Positions 1-9,975 of a stretch of DNA of 64,000 nucleotides are shown piece by piece (positions within the stretch are counted from its first letter, which is position 1; each line of letters begins with the position of its first letter). A program made the translations under genes and the position numbers. Origin of the DNA: Candidatus Latescibacterota bacterium. GTDB taxonomy: Bacteria > Latescibacterota > UBA2968 > SICM01. Location of the stretch: positions 4,512,001-4,576,000 of the forward strand of contig CBDCJO010000002.1 of the NCBI GenBank assembly GCA_965217865.1. The letters run 5' to 3'. The notes under the pieces were generated by a model that ran no database searches, was not told the DNA's origin, and worked only from the letters and a program-made list of their open reading frames with translations.

Positions 1-1015
1 CAAATGAGACGCCAAACCCGGGACGATCTCCCAGCCTGACCGTGCCGTTACGGATCTCGGGCTGGCCTTCGATCCAAGACATCCAGGGCCTGCCCGACTC
101 GGCCAGGGGTGACGGGTCCACCGCCGCGATCGCGTGAAGGGCCCAGACTTCCGACCCGCGATGGGGACAGATCCGAAGACCGTATCGACCGGCCATTTTA
201 TAGAGGTTTAGTAGCTGGGTCAACCCCCCGCACCAGCAGACATCCGGTTGTAAAACCGCGTGAAGGCGTCGTTGCATGAGTTCTTCAAAGGCAGAGGCAA
301 CAAACTTATGCTCCCCGCCCGCGATCGGAATCGGGCATTCCCGGCTCAACCTGTCATAACCGTCCAGGTCGATCGGGGGAAGGGGCTCTTCGAGCCACAT
401 CAGGTTATAGTGAGCAATTTTGTCTGCGATGCCAAGCGTTCCGGGTACATCCCACGCCATGAATGCATCCGCCATGAGCTGCCCCTCGGGCCCGATCGCA
501 TCGCGGACGCGTTCCACCAGGTCGACGATCCGATCCGAGGAACGATGGGGATCCAGATTTTTCACGTTGATTTTGACGGCTTTACATCCCGACCGAAGGG
601 CGGCCTCCACACCTTCGAGATCGGACACGGTCGCGTAGGCCGGTATCCTCCGGCCGGATGTTCCTCCAAGCAGTTCGGCAACGGATTTCCCCTGGCTTTT
701 TCCCCGAAGGTCCCATAGTGCCAGGTCCACACCGCTGAGAGCCATCATCGCGAGCCCCTCCGGGCCGAACGGCAGGATATGATGGAACATTCGGGTCCAG
801 AGGCCTTCAACATCGGACGGATCTTTTTCGAGCAGCGCTGCCCGAAGCACGGTCTGTACAACCGACACGCCTGCTGTGCCCCCTCCCCCGACCCCATAAC
901 CGGTCAAGCCTTCTTCTGTATCGACGGCTACCAGGATCTGCCCAAACCAACTCCGCCAGTCCCGGGGTTCCCCCGGAAGATCCGGATGGATCGCTCGCAC
1001 GCCGCTGATTTTCAC
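1..1015 (-). CDS. Mandelate racemase/enolase-superfamily enzyme (L-rhamnonate dehydratase-like), 3' end outside window
   Basis: Hand translation from GTG 1015: MKISGVRAIHP..QILVAVDTEEGLTGYGVGGGG..ALSGVDLALWDLRGK..PHRGSEVWALH; open to the window edge, so absent from the ORF track. Confidence 0.8.
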   Translation of the reverse strand, partial: MKISGVRAIHPDLPGEPRDWRSWFGQILVAVDTEEGLTGYGVGGGGTAGVSVVQTVLRAALLEKDPSDVEGLWTRMFHHILPFGPEGLAMMALSGVDLALWDLRGKSQGKSVAELLGGTSGRRIPAYATVSDLEGVEAALRSGCKAVKINVKNLDPHRSSDRIVDLVERVRDAIGPEGQLMADAFMAWDVPGTLGIADKIAHYNLMWLEEPLPPIDLDGYDRLSRECPIPIAGGEHKFVASAFEELMQRRLHAVLQPDVCWCGGLTQLLNLYKMAGRYGLRICPHRGSEVWALHAIAAVDPSPLAESGRPWMSWIEGQPEIRNGTVRLGDRPGFGVSF

Positions 1016-1222
1016 ACCGAGCCTCTACTTTATCCTTGATAACCGAAAGAGAAATGGTAGATTGACGAGTAAATATTCGAAGATTTGGAGGTGAAAGACT
1101 GGAACGATATGTTGCTCTTGGAGTTCGAAATATGATGAACATCGGGTCAAGGTGCAACTCTCGTTTCTGATTCTCTATCGGTATTTCCCGATGGCTTACG
1201 TCTAACCCAGGAGAGGGTTGAT

Positions 1223-1915
1223 ATGAAATTCCGCTGGATCGTTATCATTCTGGTCGTGGTTGCCGTTATCGGTGGACTGGCCTGGCTGCGCTATTCATGG
1301 CTGGTGGGCAGCGAGAAGAACAGGCTCAGCTATAGCGTCGGGAAGACGATTGGGGACAACCTCAGAAAGGAATCGATGGACCTCAATCTGATTGCCTTGG
1401 GATTCGGCATCAGAGACGCTCTTTCAGGGGATGCGGCGCTGTTGACCCGCGATCAGCATCACCGGATCCAGTCGTCTCTCCAGAGGGACATGGTGGAAAA
1501 GGCGAAGGGAAAGGCCAAACAGATCGGTGAGGCCATGAAACGAGAAAGCGCGGTGTTCCTGGCCGAAAACAAAGAGAAGGAGGGTGTTATCACCCTTGCG
1601 AGCGGACTCCAGTACACGGTGATCAGGAAGGGTTCGGGGGAATCCCCGCGATCGAATGATAGAGTCATCGCACATTACCGCGGCAAGCTGATCGATGGAA
1701 CGGTATTCGACGAATCATACAGCCTGGACCAGCCGACCATCTTTCCGGTCAACGGGGTGATCGCCGGCTGGCAGGAGGCCCTTCAGCTGATGAAGGTGGG
1801 CGCGATGTGGGAGATATTCGTTCCGGCTGAACTGGCCTATGGGGAAAACTCCCCCGGTCCTATCCCTTCGAATTCCGCCCTGATTTTCGAGATCGAGCTT
1901 CTGGGGATTAAGTAG
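1223..1915 (+). CDS. FKBP-type peptidyl-prolyl isomerase (Mip/FkpA/FklB-like) with N-terminal membrane anchor
   Basis: LSYSVG N-domain; SGLQY, HYRGKLIDGTVFDES, VIAGWQEAL, ELAYG, IPSNSALIFEIELL. Confidence 0.92.
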   Translation: MKFRWIVIILVVVAVIGGLAWLRYSWLVGSEKNRLSYSVGKTIGDNLRKESMDLNLIALGFGIRDALSGDAALLTRDQHHRIQSSLQRDMVEKAKGKAKQIGEAMKRESAVFLAENKEKEGVITLASGLQYTVIRKGSGESPRSNDRVIAHYRGKLIDGTVFDESYSLDQPTIFPVNGVIAGWQEALQLMKVGAMWEIFVPAELAYGENSPGPIPSNSALIFEIELLGIK

Positions 1916-1941
1916 AGTAGGGAAAATTCAATATTGATAGA

Positions 1942-3024
1942 TTGGAATTTTTAGTATGGCGGCGGACGATCCTTGATCATCGAGTCCTGAAGGAGCTACA
2001 ACCCTCGTACGGTCTCTTGAGACATTATCGACCCGGGGCAGCAAGGTATCGTTTCACCGCGAAAAATGTCTCCGAGGCCAAAAGGTGGCAACGGGTTAGC
2101 CGAAAGGCACTCGGCGAAACAGTCGGATTTCAGGATCTGCGGCCAAGCCCGCTTTCTCCAATGAGGGTTGAAGAGGTCGACAAGGGGGATTACAAACGTG
2201 AAAAGATCCTGATCCGGACTTCGCGCGATTCTGCCATGCCGGTGTATCTCCTCCTTCCTAAAGGGAAAAAAAGACCGTTGCCGGTCGTTCTGGCATTCCA
2301 CGGACACGGGTATGGCGTGAAGGACATCGTCGGACTCTGGCAGGATGGTGAGGAGCGGGATACACCCGGGGGGTATCAAAAGGATTTTGCGGTCTCCCTG
2401 TGCCGAAGGGGGTTCGCCGTGGCGGCACCGGAGATATCATGTTTTGGCGAAAGGCAGACGGACTTTTCTTATTTGAACGCCGTAATCGGACAGGTCGCAC
2501 CCACAACGTGTACCCATGTTGCTATGTTGGCCTTCCATCTCGGGGGGTCGGTCGTCGGTCTCCGGGTATTTGAAGGAAAACGTCTTGTGGATTATCTACA
2601 GACTCGGAGGGACCTGGATATCACGCGTCTGGGGGCGATGGGGATCTCGGGCGGGGGGATGCACACGTTCTTCTCCACGTGTCTTGACTAGCGGATCAAG
2701 GCATGCGTCATCAGTGGATACTACGCAACCTTCCGCGAAGGGGTCCTGGCGATGTCCCATTGTGCGTGCAATTTTATGCCGGGCCTTCATAAATTCGGTG
2801 AGATCTATGATCTGGGCGGGCTGATCGCCCCCCGTCCCCTTCTGGTCGAGGCCGGGGACTACGATCCGATTTTTCCGATCGGGTCAGTGAAAAAGAGCGT
2901 TGCAAGGACGAGGAAGATCTACAAACTGTTCGGTGCGGAACGCGGCCTGGAGACCGATTATTTCGAGGGGGATCACCAGATCAGCGGAAGGCGGGCTTAT
3001 GATTTTTTGATGGAGAAGATATAG
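1942..3024 (+). pseudogene. Alpha/beta hydrolase (dienelactone hydrolase/acetylxylan esterase-like) split by an in-frame TAG at 2689-2691
   Basis: HGHG and GISGGG nucleophile elbow; reads TCLD*RIKACVISGY and continues in frame into ORF 2752-3024 (D..FP, GDH). Confidence 0.8.
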
Positions 3025-3026
3025 GG

Positions 3027-3085
3027 AATTGGCAAGTTAAAAATGGAAAATGGAAAGTGCAAATTGGAAAGTGGAAAATGCAAAA
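3027..3085 (+). repeat. Degenerate heptamer tract (GGAAAAT-like)
   Basis: aaaatgg aaaatgg aaagtgc aaattgg aaagtgg aaaatgc. Confidence 0.75.
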
Positions 3086-3120
3086 CGCCCCCCCCCTTCC
3101 ATGCCCTCAAGTCGTCGCAG

Positions 3121-4209
3121 TTAAACGGCTCGTCCCTTCGGGGATCCTGATTCACATTCGGATTCAACAGCCGCTTTTAACGCCTTCATGTAACCAAGTT
3201 CCCACGCAAACCCGATGCGCTCGGTGTCGTCTTCGATCACACCGACGGCGTGATCCGGATCGAAGAATCCCCGGTAGCCGTATCGAAAAAAGAGGCGCAT
3301 TACTTCGAGCATATCCAGGTCTCCGGTGTCGAGGAAGTCTTCCTGGTAGGATCCCTGGGTAACGGTTCCACGGGGATTCCGGAAGTGGACACCGAAGATC
3401 TTGTTTTTTTCCAGGAAGTATTCGATCGCGCCCAATGTGTCCTCGCCCATCTCGGAAAGCGTTCCAAGGCAGAGGAGGAGTCCACTGTTGGGACTCGGAA
3501 CAAGGTCCACCAACCTCTTAAGGCCTGCCACGCTGTTCAATACCTGTTCCACCCCCCTGTAATATGGTTCCGGGGGATCGTCCGGATGCGCGCAGACATG
3601 AACTCCGGATTCCTCCGCAACCGGGACGATTCGCTCGTACAGATAGCGGATCCGCTCCCACATCTCCTCCGCTGAAATCTCTCCATATGGCGCCACGACT
3701 TCGGATGGGGCCCGCGAAGCATCTTTCTTTGCCCGTGCGCTGCTATGTGTCAGGAGGACCGCCCCTCCACGCCCAATTCCCCGGTAGTATCTCCCCGGAC
3801 CAGAGCCCCCAAAAAGATCTTCAGGACGCGCAATTGGAACGCCGGGAAGGTCCGGCCACCATGTGCCAAGGGAGCGCCAGGGGGTCAGGTTGTAAAAGAC
3901 GATAGGGACACCGACCTTTCCCACCGTACGGATCGTGGCGGAGATTCCTTCAATTTCCTGATCCCGTTCGGGCTTCCCGGAAAGGACCGCGGCGGTCCCG
4001 GTGTGGGGAATGCGGAGTACGAAGAATTCAAGTCCCTGGGATTCGATGTTGCGCTTTAATTCCGCCAATTCATCCACCGTTGGATAGCCGCGATCGTTGT
4101 ACCCGGGGATGACCTGAGCCTCACACGTTATGCCGTCTGCCCCCATCTGTTTCGCGAAGCGCAGCTGCTCCTCTTCCGGACGGTCCCCGACGTCGAAGCC
4201 AATCTTCAC
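3121..4209 (-). CDS. Mannonate dehydratase (UxuA)-family protein
   Basis: IVPVAEESGVHVCAHPDDPP, NSGLLLCLGT, VHFRNPRG, EDFLDTGDLDM, PDH. Confidence 0.8.
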   Translation of the reverse strand: MKIGFDVGDRPEEEQLRFAKQMGADGITCEAQVIPGYNDRGYPTVDELAELKRNIESQGLEFFVLRIPHTGTAAVLSGKPERDQEIEGISATIRTVGKVGVPIVFYNLTPWRSLGTWWPDLPGVPIARPEDLFGGSGPGRYYRGIGRGGAVLLTHSSARAKKDASRAPSEVVAPYGEISAEEMWERIRYLYERIVPVAEESGVHVCAHPDDPPEPYYRGVEQVLNSVAGLKRLVDLVPSPNSGLLLCLGTLSEMGEDTLGAIEYFLEKNKIFGVHFRNPRGTVTQGSYQEDFLDTGDLDMLEVMRLFFRYGYRGFFDPDHAVGVIEDDTERIGFAWELGYMKALKAAVESECESGSPKGRAV

Positions 4210-4250
4210 ACCTAACCCCCTGCGCCCCCTTCCCTAAAGGGAAGGGGGAT
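4210..4250. repeat. REP-like palindrome
   Basis: cctaaccccct..ccccttccct aa agggaagggg; similar to 44533-44562 and 47168-47231. Confidence 0.5.
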
Positions 4251-4476
4251 ATCGTCCTTCATAGTGGAAAAAGTCAAGCAAACGATTATTTTCAATCTGC
4301 GCTTTTCGGCTCGGTCCCAGCCGCCTTCTGGCGGCGAAAAATTGGAATCTTTGTTCGTGGATCGGAAAGGCCGAGATGCGTGGATCGTGGTTCGTGACTC
4401 GGGGATCGGAAAGGCCGTCGACGGTATCCTATCAAAAAACCTTTGATCATTCCTCAAAAAATCGGATAGATCATTA

Positions 4477-4620
4477 ACGAATCACGAATCACGAATCACG
4501 AATCACGAATCACGAATCACGAATCACGAATCACGAATCACGAATCACGAATCACGAATCACGAATCACGAATCACGAATCACGAATCACGAATCACGAA
4601 TCACGAATCACGAATCACGA
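4477..4620 (+). repeat. Perfect heptamer tandem repeat (ACGAATC) x ~20.5
   Basis: Directly visible; overlaps the stop of the 4Fe-4S gene. Confidence 0.98.
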
Positions 4621-6071
4621 GTGGGCCCATCGAAGTATCCCGGCGCCATGAATTGCTTACGCGGTCCATAGGGTTCCGCTCGACCCAAGGCCTCGACGAA
4701 TGCTTTCAGGGGTAGATCCGAATCCGGATATCGGTCCCTCCAGGTGGCGCCGTTTTCCAGTTTCAATACCCCGCGGGGACAGACGGCCGAACAGATCCCG
4801 CATCCCACACAGGAGGACCGCACGATATTCTCCCCTCGTTGGGCGTAAGCCCGCACGTCGATGCCCATTTCGCAATAGGTAGAGCAGTTTCCGCACGACA
4901 TGCACTGCCCCCCGTTGGTCGTGATGCGGAACCGGGAGAAGAAGCGCTGGAATATCCCCAGGATGGCGGCCATCGGGCATCCGAACCTGCACCAGACGCG
5001 GCTGCCGAGAATCGGGTAGAACCCCACCCCGATAACCCCTGAAAACAAAGCGCCGATGTAGAATCCGTACCAGCGGGACATCGGACCTGAGATGCTTCCG
5101 AAGACAGCTCCGTGCGTGGTGGCGTCGACCCAGAGGACAATGGTTGTCGCAGTAACAAGAACGAGAACGGAATATATGATGCTTCGCTCCACTTTCCACG
5201 AGCGGGTGGATTTGCTCGAGAGCTGGCGGAAGGGATCGCCCAAGGTCTCGGCGAGACCCCCGCAACCGCACACCCAAGAACAGTACCAACGTTTGCCGTA
5301 GAAAAAGGTCAGCACGGGCGTGGCGGCGAAAGAAGCAAGGGCACCCCAGAATACCATGAAAGTTCCGAGGGCGCCCGGATGGCCCGTGAGCTGGGAAACC
5401 GTCGAGGGGAACAGATATTCAGGCTTCAACGGCCAGAAGTAAGTGAAGTAAAACTCCGGCTCGTTGAAGCTCTTGAGGATCTGGGGTATCAGAAATGCAA
5501 AACCGAGCTGAAAGAACATAACAGAGGCCGTACGGATGAGCTGGTAGCGATTGTGACGGTATTTCATAAACATCCTGGTGCCGAATACCAGGATGGCGAG
5601 GGTGTAAAGAAACCCGTAAAGGAACCAGCGGTCCGCTCGAGCGCCCGTGAGTGCACGGGAAAGGGGATCCATCAGGCGGACGGCGCGCTCCAGATTTTCC
5701 GGCCACCAGTAGAGGACCACGTAGAAGCCCGTGATGACGATACCGAGACTCCAGGCTATATGGCCCCGGGCAGATGTGCTGCTGAATGTGATGCCGTCAT
5801 TCTTAATCCCCGGTTCCGTGTCCTTGTATTCGAACCATGAGACGCCTGCGCTTCCAAGTACGATCAGGCCGAAACTCAGAACCAACCCCAACCATGTTCC
5901 GGAGAGGGGGCCGCCTGACAGGACAAACACCAGAGCGAGGAGACCCAGTGACACCACGGCAATGGAAGCCATCTTACCGGCCTTCATCGGGACTTCGGCC
6001 TGCGTGGACGGTTCTTCGAATCCGAGGGTTTCTTCTTCGAACTCGTAATCAAGGACACCGGCATCCATCAT
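4608..6071 (-). CDS. Membrane 4Fe-4S binding protein (polyferredoxin, NapH/YccM-like)
   Basis: Multiple TM segments, RWYCSWVCGCG, RVWCRFGCP, CMSCGNCSTYC, CVGCGICSAVCP. Confidence 0.88.
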   Translation of the reverse strand: MMDAGVLDYEFEEETLGFEEPSTQAEVPMKAGKMASIAVVSLGLLALVFVLSGGPLSGTWLGLVLSFGLIVLGSAGVSWFEYKDTEPGIKNDGITFSSTSARGHIAWSLGIVITGFYVVLYWWPENLERAVRLMDPLSRALTGARADRWFLYGFLYTLAILVFGTRMFMKYRHNRYQLIRTASVMFFQLGFAFLIPQILKSFNEPEFYFTYFWPLKPEYLFPSTVSQLTGHPGALGTFMVFWGALASFAATPVLTFFYGKRWYCSWVCGCGGLAETLGDPFRQLSSKSTRSWKVERSIIYSVLVLVTATTIVLWVDATTHGAVFGSISGPMSRWYGFYIGALFSGVIGVGFYPILGSRVWCRFGCPMAAILGIFQRFFSRFRITTNGGQCMSCGNCSTYCEMGIDVRAYAQRGENIVRSSCVGCGICSAVCPRGVLKLENGATWRDRYPDSDLPLKAFVEALGRAEPYGPRKQFMAPGYFDGPTRDS

Positions 6072-7339
6072 GAGATCTGCTCCTTGAGGGTTCCGACGAT
6101 TTCGGCTTCGTAATGTCGAAAAAACTCCGGGTCGAAATTCGCCTCTTCGAGATTTTCAATGACGTCGGCAACAGGCCGTCTTTCCGCTATCCAGGAATCG
6201 CACACCTGATGCCGGTAGCGAATGCCCATCAGGTTGAGGCCTATGACACCTTCTTTGGTGTAGACGATCCTCACTGAATGGCGATGATTTGGGTGCTCCC
6301 AGATAAGGTTCCGCTCATCTTGAATTCCCATGTTCACCTGGCCGTAAACCTGGTACTCAAGGTCGAAAAATTTGGCAGAGTTGAACCAGATTCCGGGGTC
6401 GTAGGACCAGCTCTCACCCGCAAGCACATCTCCGACAATCTCTCCCTGTTTTTTTCCCGTGTACCAGACCTGCTGGATCAGGTTTCGGCCGCCGTTCTCA
6501 GTCCGAATCTCGGCACAGTCGCCGGCCGCGTAGACTTCAGGCATGCTGGTTCGGAAACTTCTATCCACCAGGACCCCCCGATTCGTCTCGATTTTGGTGT
6601 CCTTCACGAGATCGATGTTGGGAGAGACCCCCGCCGTGAGTCCCACCAGCTCGCAATCGATGCGTTCCTCTTTATCCGTAATCACAGCACATGCCCGGCC
6701 GGTCCCGTCGTCCACGATCTCTTTCAGGTTGGTCTTTAGTTTAAGCCCGATTCCCTGATCGCGGATAACTCGATTGATCATCCGCGATTCCTCTCCGGGT
6801 ATGATGTTATCCCAGAAGGATTCTTCACGAACCAGGAAGGTGACGTGAATATTTCGGGAATGGAGCATCTCCGCCAGCTCGATGCCGATCAACCCGCCCC
6901 CAACGATGACGGCGTGGCGGGTGGTTTTCACGTTTTCGTAGAGGGTTCGAAGATCACGCAAGTCGTATAGACTCTGGACGCCGTCGAGATCCTGGCCCGG
7001 CCAACCGAATTTGTTGGACTTCGAGCCGGTCGCGATGAGAAGTTTGTCGTAATCGAGGGTGTTGCTTTTATGGAGCCGAAGGCGTTTTCGGTCCGTATCG
7101 ATTCCCGTGACCCAGTCCCTGTGTAGATCCAATCGATTTTTCGGCCAGAAATCGTCTTCGAATGGCTTCGTGGACTTATAACTCATGTGGCCCATAAAGA
7201 TGTACATCAACGCGGGCCTGGAGTAGTGGTAGCTGGACTCTCCCGAGATGATGGTTATCCGCCAATCGGGATGTTTCTCACGGAGGCGGATCGCGGCCGT
7301 TACGCCTGTCACTCCGTTGCCGATGATGACGACGTGCAT
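6068..7339 (-). CDS. FAD/NAD(P)-dependent oxidoreductase (pyridine nucleotide-disulfide family)
   Basis: IIGNGVTG, LLIATGS, VGGGLIGIE, VYAAGDC. Confidence 0.9.
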   Translation of the reverse strand: MHVVIIGNGVTGVTAAIRLREKHPDWRITIISGESSYHYSRPALMYIFMGHMSYKSTKPFEDDFWPKNRLDLHRDWVTGIDTDRKRLRLHKSNTLDYDKLLIATGSKSNKFGWPGQDLDGVQSLYDLRDLRTLYENVKTTRHAVIVGGGLIGIELAEMLHSRNIHVTFLVREESFWDNIIPGEESRMINRVIRDQGIGLKLKTNLKEIVDDGTGRACAVITDKEERIDCELVGLTAGVSPNIDLVKDTKIETNRGVLVDRSFRTSMPEVYAAGDCAEIRTENGGRNLIQQVWYTGKKQGEIVGDVLAGESWSYDPGIWFNSAKFFDLEYQVYGQVNMGIQDERNLIWEHPNHRHSVRIVYTKEGVIGLNLMGIRYRHQVCDSWIAERRPVADVIENLEEANFDPEFFRHYEAEIVGTLKEQIS

Positions 7340-7351
7340 GGGGACCTCAAA

Positions 7352-7476
7352 GAAATTGACGATTGAAGATTTTAGATTGAATATTGAAGATCAAAAGGAT
7401 CCATAGGACCACAAGAAATCCCTGAGTTGTTTAAATATTCAATTTTCCGATATTCAATCTTCAATTTATTCAATTT
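7352..7476. repeat. Inverted pair of degenerate heptamer tracts (GATTGAA / TTCAATC)
   Basis: aaattgacgattgaagattttagattgaatattgaagat ... aatattcaattttccgatattcaatcttcaattt; right arm matches the reverse complement of 61997-62040. Confidence 0.7.
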
Positions 7477-7645
7477 GGGTTATATATATATATCGATGTC
7501 GGTCGTCAGTCAAGAGTTCCGTTGTAAAAAACGGTTCCAGGACTGAAGGTGCAAAAAAATGAGGGTTGAACCTGGGACTTTTCTTTTTTATATTGGGGTT
7601 TCTTTTAATCCCGATAGACCAAGCCTATAATGGCATCATCACGAG

Positions 7646-8668
7646 GTGCTGACTTCCGTGTCCCCATTTAACCGGTTTTTGCTTTCGCTTGGCCTTATGA
7701 TTCTGGTGTTTATCGGAGGAACCCTGGGCTATACTCTGGTTGAGGGATGGACCACGTTTCAGTCGTTCTACATGACGGTGATCACAGTGGCCACCGTTGG
7801 ATTCCAGGAAGTCGAGACCATGTCACCGGGGGGAAGGTGGTTCACCGTTGGATTGATCATCTTTGGAGTGGGGGCAGCAGGATATGCCATCAGCAGTCTG
7901 ACGGCCTTAATCGTAGGTGGTGAGATTCAGGACATCCTCAAGGGGCGTAAAATGGAGTCAAATATAGCGAAGCTGAACGACCATTTCATTATCTGCGGCG
8001 GGGGTGTTGTGGGCAAGGAGATCGCTCAGGAGTTTCAACGGGCAAAGGTGCCTTTTGTCGTTGTTGAGCATAATCTGGAAGCATCGGATATGATCGGTAC
8101 CCCCGGTGTCCTTTTCGTGGAGGGGGACGCGACAGACGATGAAACCCTGATTCGGGCAGGAATCGACCGGGCTAAAGGATTGATCAGCGCACTTCGACAC
8201 GATCCGGATAACGTTTTTGTGACCCTCACGGTCCGCCAGCTCAACTCCGAACTTTTGATCGTTTCACGAGCCAGCGAACAGGGAACCGAGAGCAAACTTC
8301 TCCGAGCCGGGGCTGACAGGGTGGTCTCACCGTATCAGATCGGGGGACGACGAATGGCTTTCGCAGCCATCAGACCTTCGGTGGTCGACTTTCTGGACGT
8401 CCTGACGGGACACGACGACCCGCTTCGGGTGGAGGATATTCAGATTGATTCCGGATCGGCCCTCGTGGGAAAACAGATCCGGGAGACCCCGAATATCTGG
8501 GAGAAAACCGGGGTGATCGTGCTGGGTATCCAGGGATCGGGGGGTCTACATCACGTGGCCACCCCGGACGAACACCTTGCGGCCAGGAAGATCAATGAGA
8601 ACGATATCCTGATCGTGCTGGGAAATGATTCCCAGATCAATCGCCTGAGAGAGATCGCTCAGGGATGA
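7646..8668 (+). CDS. Potassium channel-family protein (2TM pore + RCK/TrkA-N and TrkA-C)
   Basis: YMTVITVATVGF pore helix, IICGGGVVG, GDATDDETLIRAGI, RAGADRVVSP. Confidence 0.9.
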   Translation: MLTSVSPFNRFLLSLGLMILVFIGGTLGYTLVEGWTTFQSFYMTVITVATVGFQEVETMSPGGRWFTVGLIIFGVGAAGYAISSLTALIVGGEIQDILKGRKMESNIAKLNDHFIICGGGVVGKEIAQEFQRAKVPFVVVEHNLEASDMIGTPGVLFVEGDATDDETLIRAGIDRAKGLISALRHDPDNVFVTLTVRQLNSELLIVSRASEQGTESKLLRAGADRVVSPYQIGGRRMAFAAIRPSVVDFLDVLTGHDDPLRVEDIQIDSGSALVGKQIRETPNIWEKTGVIVLGIQGSGGLHHVATPDEHLAARKINENDILIVLGNDSQINRLREIAQG

Positions 8669-9972
8669 AACCCGCCCTCCCCGTCATTCTGAGCGGTGTC
8701 GTGATGGGGGGCTGTTTCCTCGGGATGGCCGTTGTCGGCGATCTTCGTCTTCGGGTTCCTGCATTCTTATCCCTCCATTTTGGTGCCTTCGGCGTTTATC
8801 TCCTTGCCCTGATCTGGATCCACTTCAGGAAAGGCCATACCCATCACCTTGTCTGGATCGTGGCCTTCGGACTTCTGTTCCGGGCTGCTCTCCTGTACAG
8901 CCCGGCGACGTTATCCGATGACGTTTATCGATATCTCTGGGACGGGCGGGTCCAGTCTTACGGGATAAATCCTTATCTTTATCCCCCTGAAGCCCCGGAA
9001 TTGGAGTCGATCAGGGATGGGCTCCACCCAAAGATCAACCATCCTGAAGTCTCGACGATCTATCCCCCATTTTCGGAACTGGTCTTCCTGATCGCTTACC
9101 TGATCTTGCCCGGTCCGATCACGTTCAAGGTACTTTTTACGCTGTTCGATCTCGGTACCGCTTTCCTGCTTTTTCGCCTCTTAAAGAGGCGGGGTGTTCC
9201 CCAGGAGGCCCTGATCGTATACCTCTGGAACCCGCTTGTGGTGGTGGAGGTGGCTGGAAGCGCGCACCTGGACGCCATGGCCATCTTCTGGATGGTCGGG
9301 GCTTTGCTCTGGGTTGAGACGGATAAGCCTCTCCGAGCATCGGCCGCGCTTGGGCTGTCGATCCTGTCGAAGCCGTTCGCACTGGCCCTGATTCCGGTGT
9401 TTTGGGGGAGGATTGGGGACCGGAGGGGGAGGCTTGTATTCCTGCTTGTTCCCGTAATTCTGGCAGCGGGCGCCCTTTCCTACGCAGCAGCGGGGGAAGG
9501 ATTGTATGCCGGACTCCGGACATACGCCGCGCATTGGGCGTTCAATGACGTGTTATACCGGTACATCGCTGACGGCCTGGGATCTCAAAGGCTGGCGAGG
9601 CTGGGGATTGTCGTACTCTTCGGCCTGGGTGCAATCGGTCTTGGAGTCCGGAGGGTCGATCCCGTCACGGCCGGATTTATCCTTACGGGCGCATTCATTT
9701 TGCTGACACCCACCCTTCATCCGTGGTACGTCCTGTGGATGATCCCCTTTCTTGTCTTTCGGGAGAGTCCGGCTTGGCTGTACCTGACGGGAGCCGTTTC
9801 CCTTTCATACCACGTTCTCATTCGGTATGTCGGGGAAGGCATCTGGGTCGAGGCCGATTGGGTAAGATGGGTAGCGTATGGAGTTTTCGGTTTGCTTATC
9901 GTGGGGGAACTGGTGTGGAAATGGAAAATGAAAAGTGGAAAATGGAAAATGGAAAATGAGAGTGGGTTGTAA
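8665..9972 (+). CDS. GT-C membrane glycosyltransferase (GT87/DUF2029-like)
   Basis: LSDDVYRYLWDGRVQ..GINPY, TIYPP, WNPLVVVE, HPWY; the C-terminal tail KWKMKSGKWKMENE is encoded by a heptamer tract (9918-9960). Confidence 0.85.
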   Translation: MKPALPVILSGVVMGGCFLGMAVVGDLRLRVPAFLSLHFGAFGVYLLALIWIHFRKGHTHHLVWIVAFGLLFRAALLYSPATLSDDVYRYLWDGRVQSYGINPYLYPPEAPELESIRDGLHPKINHPEVSTIYPPFSELVFLIAYLILPGPITFKVLFTLFDLGTAFLLFRLLKRRGVPQEALIVYLWNPLVVVEVAGSAHLDAMAIFWMVGALLWVETDKPLRASAALGLSILSKPFALALIPVFWGRIGDRRGRLVFLLVPVILAAGALSYAAAGEGLYAGLRTYAAHWAFNDVLYRYIADGLGSQRLARLGIVVLFGLGAIGLGVRRVDPVTAGFILTGAFILLTPTLHPWYVLWMIPFLVFRESPAWLYLTGAVSLSYHVLIRYVGEGIWVEADWVRWVAYGVFGLLIVGELVWKWKMKSGKWKMENESGL

Positions 9973-9975
9973 GGC

